Shown here: positions 55,395-64,000 of the stretch, in pieces | Position numbering within the stretch: position 1 is the first letter of the stretch | How the letters are laid out: each line of letters opens with the position of its first letter | Source: Candidatus Parachristensenella avicola | GTDB lineage: Bacteria > Bacillota > Clostridia > Christensenellales > UMGS416 | DNA: 64,000 nt | Reading direction: 5' to 3' | Assembly (NCBI GenBank): GCA_904420205.1 | Contig: CAJFUN010000023.1 | Location: 129,409 to 193,408 of the forward strand | Translations under genes and position numbers: made by a program | Notes under the pieces: model-generated | Seen by the model: only the letters and a program-made list of their open reading frames with translations | What the model was told of the DNA's origin: nothing | Database searches by the model: none

Positions 55395-56924
55395 ATGGAT
55401 TGGGAAAAAACGCTATGGAATCTGGAGATTGCCGTAGATGACACGACAGCCTCCGGCATGGCCGAGGCAGAAATCAATATACCGGAGGATCAGGAAGGCG
55501 CATTGCGATTCCTGTGCTGCCAGGCCAGGGTAGAGGACGCCAGCGCTCAGCCGTCCCAGGGACAGGTGCAGGTGGAGGGTGCGGTGGCGTTCACGGTGCT
55601 GTATGAAACGGCATCCGGGTTGGCCAGCATTGAATCGCGCAACGGATTTGCCCACACGGTGGCGATGACCAAAGCCCAGGCAGGGCAGCGGGTGCAGCTG
55701 AAAGTTACGGCGCTGTCCACCCAGGTGCGCTGGATTAACGAACGCCAGTGCAGAGTGGAATGCGTGTTGGAAATGCAGATTGGCCTTATGGAGCGCCAGG
55801 AGCGCACGCTGATAACCGGTATACAGGGTGCGGGTGTGCAGGCCTCCACCACGCCCATTGAGGGTTCTTGGGTCATCGGCACCAGCCGCCAGGTGGTCAC
55901 GATTCGGGAGGACGTGGAGCTGAGCCCCACGCTACCCGCGGCTGAAAACGTGCTCTGGTGCCAAGGGCAGGTAGAACTGACCCAGATAAGCTGCCAAGCC
56001 GGGCAGATGGACGTCGCTGGGCAGCTGCGGTTGAACGTCCTCTATAGCGCGGCAGCCCCCGCATGGGTTGAGCAGACGGCCCTCCAGCTGCCGATCGCTC
56101 AGCAATGGGATGCCTCGGAAATCGCCCAGTCGCGGTGGCTAATGGGCGAAGGCCGGGTGCAGGAATGCCGCATCAAGCTTTACGACAACATTAAGGGCGA
56201 GAAACGGGTTCTGGCTGTGGAAGCGCAGCTGTTGATCACGGTACAGGGATATGCGTCTCAACAAACGCAGGCATTGACGGACGCGTACTCCATGGATGAG
56301 GAGATTACCCTGGAGACCCAAGTTTGGAAGATCCCCGGCGCCCCGCAGCAGGCTCAATCCGAAACGCCGGTTACCGGCGAGCTGAAGCTTCCGGAAGGCA
56401 CGGCCCTGCCGGACCAGGTGCTGCAGGTACTGGCCAATCCCGTGGTGGACAGCATTACCGTGGAGCAGGGGAAGGCGACGATCACCGGCCGGCTTATTAC
56501 CAGCGTGATTCATCTTTCCGGCGAAGAGCGCATGCTGGGCTGCATCAACGGAACGGCGCCCTTTGAGACGGCCGTAACGGCAGAGGGCCTGCAAGCGGAG
56601 GACTGGCTTCAGGTAGAGGTTGCCGGGCTGCAGGCTGGGGCGTCATCCGGTGCGGCGGGCAGCTTGCAGATTCGGGATGTGCTGGAAATCACGCTGATTT
56701 GGCGCGACGTTCAGACGCAGACCGTGGCGGTAGACGGCGAGAGCGAGCCTTGGGAGAGCGAGTTGCCCTCGGGCTTGCTGTTGGTTGTCGCGCAGCAGGA
56801 TGAAGATAACTGGAAAATGGCCAAGCGATGCAGAATCCCCATGGAAGAGCTCATTCAAGCCAATCCGCAACTGGCGCAGCGCGAGGTGGAACCAGGCGAG
56901 TGCCTGGTGGTAGAGCGCGCCTAG
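55395..56924 (+). CDS. DUF3794 (SPOCS) repeat protein with C-terminal LysM; SipL-like spore morphogenetic protein
   Basis: GGGAGG RBS before ATG 55395. Repeated beta-rich modules. C-terminal LysM-like WKMAKRCRIPMEELIQANPQLAQREVEPGECLVV. Size and layout match my memory of C. difficile SipL. Confidence 0.6.
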   Translation: MDWEKTLWNLEIAVDDTTASGMAEAEINIPEDQEGALRFLCCQARVEDASAQPSQGQVQVEGAVAFTVLYETASGLASIESRNGFAHTVAMTKAQAGQRVQLKVTALSTQVRWINERQCRVECVLEMQIGLMERQERTLITGIQGAGVQASTTPIEGSWVIGTSRQVVTIREDVELSPTLPAAENVLWCQGQVELTQISCQAGQMDVAGQLRLNVLYSAAAPAWVEQTALQLPIAQQWDASEIAQSRWLMGEGRVQECRIKLYDNIKGEKRVLAVEAQLLITVQGYASQQTQALTDAYSMDEEITLETQVWKIPGAPQQAQSETPVTGELKLPEGTALPDQVLQVLANPVVDSITVEQGKATITGRLITSVIHLSGEERMLGCINGTAPFETAVTAEGLQAEDWLQVEVAGLQAGASSGAAGSLQIRDVLEITLIWRDVQTQTVAVDGESEPWESELPSGLLLVVAQQDEDNWKMAKRCRIPMEELIQANPQLAQREVEPGECLVVERA

Positions 56925-56944
56925 CCATCGCGGAAAGTCATGCA

Positions 56945-56986
56945 AAAAAGCCCGGAATGCGAACGCTTCGCATTCCGGGCTTTTTT
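56945..56986. terminator. strong bidirectional intrinsic terminator
   Basis: A6-GCCCGGAATGCGAA-CGC-TTCGCATTCCGGGC-T6. Confidence 0.85.
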
Positions 56987-57070
56987 GTTTTGTCCCGTCC
57001 TATAGGGCGGGCGTCATCCGGCGCGTGATGCAGCAAAAGGATAACGAAGCGCCTTTTGCTCCTTGTGCCC

Positions 57071-57286
57071 TTAAGAGTGCTCTACCGGCACATCGTTGTG
57101 GCGGAAGAGGTTAGCCAGAAGGCCGATGCACCAAAGCCCGGCCAGGCCGACAATGCAGTACACAATCCGGGAGCCGATGGCGGCCGTGCTTCCAAAGATC
57201 AATGCAACGAGATCAAACTGGAAGGCGCCCACCAGCAGCCAGTTAATAGCCCCGATGATCACCAGGATGAGAGCAAGCTTATTCAT
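57071..57286 (-). CDS. DUF378 family small membrane protein
   Basis: MNKLALILVIIGAINWLLVGAFQFDLVALIFG is typical of DUF378. GGAGG 7 nt before ATG 57286. Confidence 0.8.
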   Translation of the reverse strand: MNKLALILVIIGAINWLLVGAFQFDLVALIFGSTAAIGSRIVYCIVGLAGLWCIGLLANLFRHNDVPVEHS

Positions 57287-57359
57287 GGTTGATTCCTCCA
57301 ATGTATGTTGTCCGCTATAAGCTTACCCCATATGAACAGAAATATACCTTGGTGCGACG

Positions 57360-57632
57360 CTATCCTTTCTTTTTGTCGATCAGCTCTTCCACATCAAAGC
57401 TATCAAAGGCGACTTCTTCCATAAAATCGTCGGCCCGAAAGCGGGTATGGCGGAATTCACTCATATCCCGCAAGTGCTTGGACAGAATGACGGGGCGGGG
57501 CAGATCCAATGGCTCGCAGAGCGCTTGGATCATTTGTTCAAATTCCTCCTGCGTATCCGTCGTATATCCGTCGGCCGTTGTATCCTTGACGATTTTATGA
57601 TTTTTCACAATTTTTCCCCAATACCGCCCCAT
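57360..57632 (-). CDS. hypothetical small acidic protein (90 aa)
   Basis: AAGGAGG 6 nt upstream of ATG 57632. No motif recognised. Confidence 0.55.
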   Translation of the reverse strand: MGRYWGKIVKNHKIVKDTTADGYTTDTQEEFEQMIQALCEPLDLPRPVILSKHLRDMSEFRHTRFRADDFMEEVAFDSFDVEELIDKKKG

Positions 57633-57762
57633 ACTATGCCTCCTTTTGCCTGTCTATTATAGCCTGTGTTTCCAGCGTACGCAAGCAGGGCAAACAAGTC
57701 CATTCTTTTTGATCCAGCGCCTTGATATAATAAAACAAACTTTAAGGAATGAGGATGCGGCG

Positions 57763-58476
57763 ATGAAAAAAGCTTTGATCGTATGGGGCGGATGGGATGG
57801 ACACGAACCCCGTCAGGTGGGCGAGCGCTTTGCCGGCGTTTTAGAGGAGGAGGGCTTTTCGGTGACGGTTTCAGACCGGTTGGAAAGCTTCACGGAAGTG
57901 GATCTAAAAACGCTGGATCTCATTGTGCCGATCTGGACGATGGGAACCATTACAAAAGAACAATGCGACGCGGTGGTGGAAGCGGTCGGGATGTACGGCG
58001 TGGGCCTAGCCGGAAACCACGGCGGCATGTGCGATGCTTTCCGGCAGGATACCCAGTGGCAGTTCATGACCGGCGGGCAATGGGTTTCCCATCCTGGCGG
58101 CGACGGCGTGCGGTATACGGTAAACATGCGCAGGACGGCTTCTCCGCTGACCGAGGGATTGGAAGACTTTGAGGTTGAGAGCGAACAATATTATGTGCAT
58201 GTGGATCCGGCTAATTGCGTGCTGGCCACTACCCGGTACCCGGTGGTGAACTACTATCACGCCGCCAACGGCGCCGTCGACGTGCCGGTAGCCTGGACCC
58301 GCCGCTGGGGCCATGGCCGCGTATTCTATTCATCGCTGGGCCATCACAACGATGTATTTGATATCCCCGAAGCCCTGGAACTACAACGCAGAGGTATGCG
58401 CTGGGCGGCCGAGGGAAAGGCATTGGCTCAAGGAAAGGATCCGGAACAGTATACCAGCACACTGAAAATGTATTAG
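57763..58476 (+). CDS. ThuA-domain protein (trehalose-utilisation-like, class I GATase-like fold)
   Basis: In-frame ATG 57763 (MKKALIVWGGWDGHEP). ThuA-like pattern (..IVPIWTMGTIT..GLAGNHGG..VFYSSLGH). Confidence 0.75.
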   Translation: MKKALIVWGGWDGHEPRQVGERFAGVLEEEGFSVTVSDRLESFTEVDLKTLDLIVPIWTMGTITKEQCDAVVEAVGMYGVGLAGNHGGMCDAFRQDTQWQFMTGGQWVSHPGGDGVRYTVNMRRTASPLTEGLEDFEVESEQYYVHVDPANCVLATTRYPVVNYYHAANGAVDVPVAWTRRWGHGRVFYSSLGHHNDVFDIPEALELQRRGMRWAAEGKALAQGKDPEQYTSTLKMY

Positions 58477-58485
58477 GAGAGGGAC

Positions 58486-59595
58486 ATGCAAAAGATTAAA
58501 GTAGGCGTCATTGGCTGCGGCAACATCAGCGGCATCTATTTTAAAAACCTGACCGAGGTTTTTAGCGCCGTTATGGAGGTAAAGGCTGTCTGCGATCTGA
58601 TTCCAGAGCGCGCGGCCTATGCGCACGAGACTTATGGGTTCAACGTCGTTCCCCGGGACGAGGATATTTTCCAGGATCCGGAGATTGAGCTCGTGCTCAA
58701 TATCACCCGCCCCTGGGAGCATTACGATATTAATAAGCGGGCGCTGCTGGCCGGGAAAAACGTATATTGTGAGAAGCCCCTTGGAATTACCCGGGAGGAG
58801 GGGCGCGAGATCCTGGAACTGGCGCGGGAAAAGGGCCTCCTGGCGGGAGGCGCTCCGGATACCTATCTGGGTAGCGGCCTACAGACCTGCCGGAAGCTTA
58901 TCGATGACGGCTGGATCGGCACGCCGGTATCGGCGACGGCCTTTATGATGAACCATGGCCACGAATCTTGGCACCCGGGTCCGGAGTTTTATTACCAAAG
59001 GGGCGGCGGCCCAATGCTGGATATGGGCCCCTATTATTTGACCGCGCTGGTCAGCCTAATGGGTCCGGTGGAATCGGTTATGGGCTCTACCTGCATTACG
59101 TATCCAACCCGCACCATCACAAGCCAACCGCAATATGGCAAGGTGATCGACGTGGAAGTGCCCACCTATGTGTCAGGCCTTTTAAACTTCCAGAGCGGAG
59201 CCAAGGGCACGATCATTACCACCTTTGACGTGTGGAGCGCGGAACTGCCCTTTATTGAGATTTACGGCAGCGAAGGAACGCTTTCGGTGCCGGATCCCAA
59301 TACCTTTGGCGGGCCGGTGCGCTACCGCCGCCATGACAGTGAATCCTTTACCGAGATTCCCCTGATCTTTGGATACCGGGAGAATAGCCGAGGGCTTGGA
59401 TTGGCGGATATGGCGATGGCCATTCGTAACCAACGCAAACCCCGAAACGGCGTTAGCCTGACCTATCATATCTTGGATATCATGTGCGCTATCCATGAAT
59501 CCAGCGATCAGGGGCAGCGCATCCGGCTGACCAGCACCTGCGACCGCCCGGCGCTGCTATCGATGAATTTGCTTCCGGGTCAGGTGAATCCATAA
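58486..59595 (+). CDS. Gfo/Idh/MocA family oxidoreductase (ThuB-like position)
   Basis: [13 protein letters not shown] Rossmann motif and EKP motif (VYCEKPLG). AGGAGAGGG RBS. Confidence 0.9.
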   Translation: MQKIKVGVIGCGNISGIYFKNLTEVFSAVMEVKAVCDLIPERAAYAHETYGFNVVPRDEDIFQDPEIELVLNITRPWEHYDINKRALLAGKNVYCEKPLGITREEGREILELAREKGLLAGGAPDTYLGSGLQTCRKLIDDGWIGTPVSATAFMMNHGHESWHPGPEFYYQRGGGPMLDMGPYYLTALVSLMGPVESVMGSTCITYPTRTITSQPQYGKVIDVEVPTYVSGLLNFQSGAKGTIITTFDVWSAELPFIEIYGSEGTLSVPDPNTFGGPVRYRRHDSESFTEIPLIFGYRENSRGLGLADMAMAIRNQRKPRNGVSLTYHILDIMCAIHESSDQGQRIRLTSTCDRPALLSMNLLPGQVNP

Positions 59596-59615
59596 ATACA
59601 AACTAAGCGGTTTTG

Positions 59616-59647
59616 AGGCCCGGCGGATCACCCCGCCGGGCCTCTTG
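59616..59647 (+). terminator. GC-rich hairpin after the oxidoreductase gene
   Basis: 12-bp stem GAGGCCCGGCGG/CCGCCGGGCCTC with only a weak U tract (TTG). Confidence 0.5.
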
Positions 59648-59740
59648 CTGCAGATTCTTTCGTTTGTGTGCAAATATACAAAAATTTCTGCATGATTTTC
59701 ATCCCGTCGGAAAGGATAAGCGCGTAGTATAGTAAAGGCA

Positions 59741-59769
59741 TTGACGTTGAGCGGCGCTTGGGGTATAGT
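59741..59769 (+). promoter_or_regulatory. promoter TTGACG-17-TATAGT upstream of asd
   Basis: Hexamers at 59741-59746 and 59764-59769. The ~37-nt leader leaves no room for a riboswitch. Confidence 0.55.
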
Positions 59770-59806
59770 AACGAAAAGTCGAAATCAGTCGATGGAGGTT
59801 TGAGAT

Positions 59807-60886
59807 ATGCAGAAACAATGGAAGGTTGGCGTGATCGGGTGCACCGGCATGGTGGGGCAGCGATTTATTACGCTTTTAGCAAATCATCCCTGGTTTACCA
59901 TTACGGCGCTGGCCGCCAGTGCCCGTTCGGCCGGCATGCCTTACAGCCAGGCGGTGGAGGGGCGCTGGGCGATGAAAGTCCCCATGCCCGATCGCGTAAA
60001 GGATATGCAGGTACTGGATGCTTCTCAAGTGGAGCAGATTGCGCCGCTGGTAGACTTTGTATTCTGTGCGGTGAATATGGATAAGGCTGCTATCCGGGCG
60101 ATGGAAGAAGCATACGCCCGGGCAGAGGTACCCGTCGTCAGTAACAATTCAGCCTGCCGTGGGCTAAACGATGTGCCTATGGTGATCCCGGAGCTCAACC
60201 CGGAGCACCTGCGGGTGATCGAAACGCAGCGCATGCGGCTGGGCACACGACGCGGCTTTATTGCGGTCAAGCCAAACTGTTCGATTCAGAGCTATGTGCC
60301 AGCCCTGCACCCGCTGCGCGAATTCGGCGTAAAAAAGGTGCTAGCCTGTACCTATCAGGCCATATCCGGCGCCGGGAAGACCTTTGAAACTTGGCCGGAA
60401 ATGGTGGACAATGTGATCCCCTTCATCGGCGGCGAGGAACAAAAAAGCGAGCAAGAGCCGCTGAAGATTTGGGGCACGCTGAAGGACGGCGTAATCGTTA
60501 ACGATACGACCACGGATATTACCACCCAGTGCTTGCGCGTGCCGGTGGCCGACGGGCATATGGCGGCTGTATTTGTCAGCTTTGAGCGCAAGCCTACCAT
60601 GGAGCAGATGATTGAACGTTGGCGCAGCTTTGTCGGCCGCCCGCAGACGCTGGGGTTGCCCAGCGCGCCCCATCCATTCCTGTATTATTTCCAGGAAGAT
60701 AACCGCCCCCAGACGCGCCTGGATCGGGATGCTGGCCGGGGAATGGCGATTTCGATCGGCCGCTTGCGCCCGGATACTCAGTATGACTATAAGTTCGTTT
60801 GCCTGTCCCACAATACGCTGCGCGGCGCGGCCGGCGGCGCGGTGCTGATTGCCGAACTGCTTTGCGCGGAAGGGTATATGGGATAA
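59807..60886 (+). CDS. asd: aspartate-semialdehyde dehydrogenase
   Basis: VGVIGCTGMVGQRF NAD(P) motif, active-site Cys in KPNCSIQS, HNTLRGAAGGAV near the C-terminus. GGAGG RBS. Confidence 0.9.
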   Translation: MQKQWKVGVIGCTGMVGQRFITLLANHPWFTITALAASARSAGMPYSQAVEGRWAMKVPMPDRVKDMQVLDASQVEQIAPLVDFVFCAVNMDKAAIRAMEEAYARAEVPVVSNNSACRGLNDVPMVIPELNPEHLRVIETQRMRLGTRRGFIAVKPNCSIQSYVPALHPLREFGVKKVLACTYQAISGAGKTFETWPEMVDNVIPFIGGEEQKSEQEPLKIWGTLKDGVIVNDTTTDITTQCLRVPVADGHMAAVFVSFERKPTMEQMIERWRSFVGRPQTLGLPSAPHPFLYYFQEDNRPQTRLDRDAGRGMAISIGRLRPDTQYDYKFVCLSHNTLRGAAGGAVLIAELLCAEGYMG

Positions 60887-60936
60887 AAAAGGTTTCTCCT
60901 GCTCAAAATTAGAGCGGGCGGCGATATGGAACGTTT

Positions 60937-60971
60937 AGAGCATTGCAGCATGATGCTGCAGTGCTCTTTTT
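60937..60971 (+). terminator. intrinsic terminator after asd
   Basis: About 13-bp stem AGAGCATTGCAGC/GCTGCAGTGCTCT (one G-U pair) followed by TTTTT. Confidence 0.7.
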
Positions 60972-61099
60972 CTATCGCGCGTATGCGTTGAGAACGGGTT
61001 AATCTATTTTGCGAAGGGAGAATAAAGCAGAATTATGCATACAAAAAGCATAATGCGCGTGGTAAAATCACGAAAAAACAGCAAGAAAGAGCCTGTAAA

Positions 61100-61324
61100 A
61101 TGGAAAATTCATCCATTGGAAAAGAATTTGTTTTGGATCAAGTCATGACAACGGCTATCCAGATACCGGGGGTAAAAGTAGATCGAAAAGCGTTCCTGGC
61201 GGAATCCTTTGCATCAGACAGTGAAAATTTGGAGGAAATTCTAGCGGTAGGGTCTGTTGAAGCCGGCGTAATTCAAAAAGAGGAGTTCGAGGAAAAGAAG
61301 CGTGACCTGTTAACCCGGATTTGA
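61100..61324 (+). CDS. small protein with SHOCT-like C-terminal motif (possibly a gene remnant)
   Basis: 74 aa. The C-terminus GVIQKEEFEEKKRDLL resembles the SHOCT consensus. The RBS is weak. It lies in a locally AT-richer stretch. Confidence 0.4.
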   Translation: MENSSIGKEFVLDQVMTTAIQIPGVKVDRKAFLAESFASDSENLEEILAVGSVEAGVIQKEEFEEKKRDLLTRI

Positions 61325-61361
61325 CAGCGCGCGAACCGGCCCAAGCGGATCCAAACGAAGA

Positions 61362-61385
61362 GAGCGGCTGCAGGCCGCTTTTTTT
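61362..61385 (+). terminator. intrinsic terminator
   Basis: AGCGGC-TGCAG-GCCGCT followed by T7. Confidence 0.7.
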
Positions 61386-61476
61386 GATTTCAAAGTAGCG
61401 GGCAAATATATCTATGGAAAGTGGAAACCAAAAACCATACAATAAGAAAAAGCCTGAAAGAAGTGGAGGATCGATC

Positions 61477-63618
61477 ATGGCCGTCGAATTTTATTCTGCA
61501 TTTGCCGGATCTAGGCCCATACGGCTGCGGGAGGCAACCCGCGTCCTGGCTGATCAGTCGATACGGGGACAATATGGGCGAGCGCTTGACGAATACGAAC
61601 CTTTGGACGCAGATATGATTCCCGGATTTGGAGCGATGAACGACCGCCAGCGTTATGATGCCATGATTCGGTTGATTGCCCAACGGGCGCCGCTAAGGAT
61701 GATGGAGGGCGAGCTGCTTGTCGGCAGCGCAACGCTGAAGGGCGCAATTGATCACATCGTGCCAGTATATCGGGCGGGAGAACCGGTAATGAGCAGCGTT
61801 AGCCATCTGACCTGCGGATTCGACCGGCTGCTGCGGGAAGGGCTGGATGCATACGAAACCCGTATCCATCATCGCCTTGAGACAGCGGATGAGCGGCAGC
61901 GTCCGGTGCTGGAATCTTTTTTGAACGTGTGCGCATGCATCCGCGTTTGGCACGGCCGCTATATGGAGCTGCTGCGGACGCGCTTGGCGCAAGCGGGAGA
62001 CGAAGCGGAACGGGATTATTATCGCGAGCGCATTGCGGTTCTTGAACCGGTACCCTTTGCGCCGCCAAAGAATTTCCGCCAAGGACTGCAGGCGCTGTGG
62101 TTTGCGTTCGCCTTTGTGCGGCTGTGCGGCAATTGGCCTGGGATTGGCCGGATCGACGCCATGCTGGGGCCGCTGCTTGAAAGGGATTTGCGCCTTGGCG
62201 TGATTACCTTGGATGAGGCCCGGGAATGGATGGCGCACTTCTTCATCAAAGGGTGCGAATGGGTGCGGGTAGATACCCAGAACCGTGGCAGCGGCGACGG
62301 TCAGCATTATCAGAACCTGGTACTGGCCGGACTGGACGCGGAAGGCCGGGAAACGGCTAACGAGGTCACCCGATTGGTATTAGAGGTGGTGGAAGAGCTG
62401 CCTATCGGAGATTTTCCGATCGCCGTAAAGCTGCGGGAGGATTCGCCTCCATGGTTGATGGAGCTGGCTTGCCGTGTAATGCGCCATGGCAGCGGCGTAG
62501 TGGCGGTATATAATGAAAATCTGGTGGTGCAGGCGCTGGAAGAGTTTGGATATAGCCGCCAGGAAGCCAGCGGTTTTGCCAACGACGGGTGTTGGGAGGT
62601 GCAGATGGCCGGGCAGACGTACTTCGCCTACCAACCCATGGACGCCTACGGCCCTTTTCAGCGGGATGTGTTAGGCATACCCGATGGCGGATATGACTAT
62701 GATTGCTTTGAGGCGCTATATGAGCGGACGCTTTCGGTGCTGTATAGCCAGGTGGATGATTGGCAGCGCCAGGCAGACGATTTCATCCAGCCGGACCGGC
62801 CGGCGTCGGTAGTGGGCCTTTTGACCGATGACTGTATTGACCGGGGAAAGGATTACTTTTCCGGTGGCACCCGCTATAATGTATTCTCGCCGCATATGGG
62901 CGGATTCCCTGATATTGTGAACAGCCTATATGCCATCCGAAAGCTTGTTTTTGAGGAAAAACGGCTGAGCTTTTGCGAACTGATGGACGTCATAAAGGCG
63001 GATTGGGCCGATCAAGAGCTGTTAAGGCAATATGCGCTGCATCGGTATTCATACTTTGGCAATGATAACGACGAGGTGGATGCACTGGCTGCAGACCTTA
63101 CGCGCCGATATATCGACCGGGTTCGTTTGGTTAAGGAGCGCTGTGGCGTATTGCGCCCTGCCGGGATCAGCACCTTTGGGCGGCAGATTGAATGGGCGCC
63201 GGGCAGAGCGGCCACAGCCTTCGGTCAGAAAAAGGGTGCGATTCTTTCCGGCAATCTGAACCCGACGCCGGGGACGGATGTAAACGGCGCCACCGCCATC
63301 ATCCGCTCCCACTGTAAAGCGGACTTGCGGCGGCTGACTTGTGGGACCGCACTGGATATCAAGCTGGATACTTCGGCGCTTAAGGGAGAGGCGGGCGTGC
63401 CGGCCCTGCAGGCGCTGATCCTGGGCTTTATCCGGCTGGGGGGATTTTTTATGCAGATCGATGTGATGGATAACGAGGTGCTGAAGCGGGCGCAGGCGCA
63501 CCCGGAGGAATATCAGACCTTGGCTGTGCGTATCTCAGGATGGTCGGCGCGATTTGTCACCCTGGATGAAGCATGGCAGAGAATGATCATCGAGCGCAGC
63601 GCTCAGCGGGGGATTTAA
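61477..63618 (+). CDS. glycyl radical enzyme, PFL2/eliminase-like, uncharacterised subfamily (713 aa)
   Basis: GGAGG 6 nt before ATG 61477. C-terminal glycyl-radical motif LAVRISGWSARFV. Cys loop NDGCWEV (Cys-x-Glu). Confidence 0.85.
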   Translation: MAVEFYSAFAGSRPIRLREATRVLADQSIRGQYGRALDEYEPLDADMIPGFGAMNDRQRYDAMIRLIAQRAPLRMMEGELLVGSATLKGAIDHIVPVYRAGEPVMSSVSHLTCGFDRLLREGLDAYETRIHHRLETADERQRPVLESFLNVCACIRVWHGRYMELLRTRLAQAGDEAERDYYRERIAVLEPVPFAPPKNFRQGLQALWFAFAFVRLCGNWPGIGRIDAMLGPLLERDLRLGVITLDEAREWMAHFFIKGCEWVRVDTQNRGSGDGQHYQNLVLAGLDAEGRETANEVTRLVLEVVEELPIGDFPIAVKLREDSPPWLMELACRVMRHGSGVVAVYNENLVVQALEEFGYSRQEASGFANDGCWEVQMAGQTYFAYQPMDAYGPFQRDVLGIPDGGYDYDCFEALYERTLSVLYSQVDDWQRQADDFIQPDRPASVVGLLTDDCIDRGKDYFSGGTRYNVFSPHMGGFPDIVNSLYAIRKLVFEEKRLSFCELMDVIKADWADQELLRQYALHRYSYFGNDNDEVDALAADLTRRYIDRVRLVKERCGVLRPAGISTFGRQIEWAPGRAATAFGQKKGAILSGNLNPTPGTDVNGATAIIRSHCKADLRRLTCGTALDIKLDTSALKGEAGVPALQALILGFIRLGGFFMQIDVMDNEVLKRAQAHPEEYQTLAVRISGWSARFVTLDEAWQRMIIERSAQRGI

Positions 63619-63619
63619 G

Positions 63620-64000
63620 ATGAAGGGGATTGTTGCGGACATCCAGCGTTTTTCTGTTCACGATGGACCGGGTGTGCGCACTACTATTTTCCTGAAGGGA
63701 TGCCCGCTTCGGTGCCGTTGGTGCCATAACCCGGAAACGCAGCTGCCGAAACCGCAGATACAATTGACGCACATGCGCTGCCTGGGCTGCGGCGCCTGTG
63801 TGGCAGCCTGCCCGAACGGGGCCCATCAGCTTAGGGCGGAGGGACACCGATATGAATCGGATCGGTGCACACACTGCTTAGCCTGCGCGCAAGCCTGCAT
63901 GCCGGGGGCTATTGAGATATGCGGCCGCCTTTGGGAAACAGAGGAGGTGCTGCAGATGGCGCTGCGGGATCGCGCCTTCTATGGCTCGTCAGGCGGGATG
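63620..64000 (+). CDS. glycyl-radical enzyme activating protein (radical SAM), partial at window end
   Basis: Open frame from ATG 63620 to the window end, so it is not in the ORF track. My translation: MKGIVADIQRFSVHDGPGVRTTIFLKGCPLRCRWCHNPE (CX3CX2C), plus two ferredoxin-like clusters CLGCGACVAACP and CTHCLACAQACMP. Confidence 0.85.
   Translation, partial: MKGIVADIQRFSVHDGPGVRTTIFLKGCPLRCRWCHNPETQLPKPQIQLTHMRCLGCGACVAACPNGAHQLRAEGHRYESDRCTHCLACAQACMPGAIEICGRLWETEEVLQMALRDRAFYGSSGGM

Noticed and set aside
59600-59806. Possible lysine (L-box) riboswitch upstream of asd
   Set aside because: The promoter TTGACG-17-TATAGT leaves only a ~37-nt leader before the RBS, too short for an L-box. The upstream hairpin is the terminator of the preceding gene.
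60887-61476. AT-richer stretch as a mobile element or integration scar
   Set aside because: There is no integrase or transposase, no tRNA, and no flanking direct or inverted terminal repeats that I could find. It is kept only as a low-interest observation.

Overview
GC-rich, densely coding chromosomal segment that looks like a spore-forming Clostridia genome (spo0A, a SipL-like DUF3794/LysM protein, GerM lipoproteins, yabE-like/rsmA synteny). I support about 56 protein genes on both strands. I saw no rRNA, tRNA, CRISPR array, transposase, integrase or phage gene. Many ORF-track entries are antisense shadow ORFs or 5'-extended versions of real genes. I re-placed starts using RBS, promoter and overlap logic. 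Blocks: (1) cell envelope, 1-7.1 kb: WalRK-like two-component system with two coupled GerM lipoproteins, an S11 DD-carboxypeptidase and a VanY/M15B peptidase. (2) Sugar block, 7.3-17.2 kb: two xylose-isomerase-like TIM-barrel genes, a Gfo/Idh/MocA oxidoreductase, an unassigned 616-aa protein and a 1608-aa discoidin/Big_2/FIVAR surface protein. (3) 17.2-24.8 kb: heterodimeric ABC exporter preceded by LytTR-type direct repeats, a sensor-less HPK10-type kinase plus LytTR regulator, and an AraC-fusion protein coupled to an AAC(3)-family gene. (4) rho, then a flotillin operon (nfeD-floA-X) carrying a LytTR regulator and flanked by two kinases. (5) ilvA-ridA-amidotransferase and miscellaneous enzymes. 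(6) 38.7-40.6 kb: an AAC(6')-Ii-like GNAT, then a hand-foldable ribosome-stalling attenuator (3-codon uORF) in front of a methyltransferase plus P-loop NTPase operon. (7) tyrS, whose leader has no recognisable T-box but has a Tyr-codon uORF and terminator/antiterminator alternatives. (8) A class B PBP, yabE-like, rsmA and a GT2 synthase. (9) A GldA/F/G-like ABC system plus DUF4340. (10) spo0A with 0A boxes and a sipL-like gene. (11) A ThuA/ThuB-like pair and asd. (12) An AT-richer spacer, then a short uncharacterised glycyl-radical enzyme and its activase, which runs off the window end. The best candidates for something undescribed are the attenuator-controlled methyltransferase/kinase-like operon, the tyrS leader-peptide attenuator, the flotillin-embedded LytTR signalling operon, the LytTR-box/sensor-less kinase/ABC exporter module and the short GRE. 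All calls rest on reading the sequence and on remembered family motifs. No database search was run.
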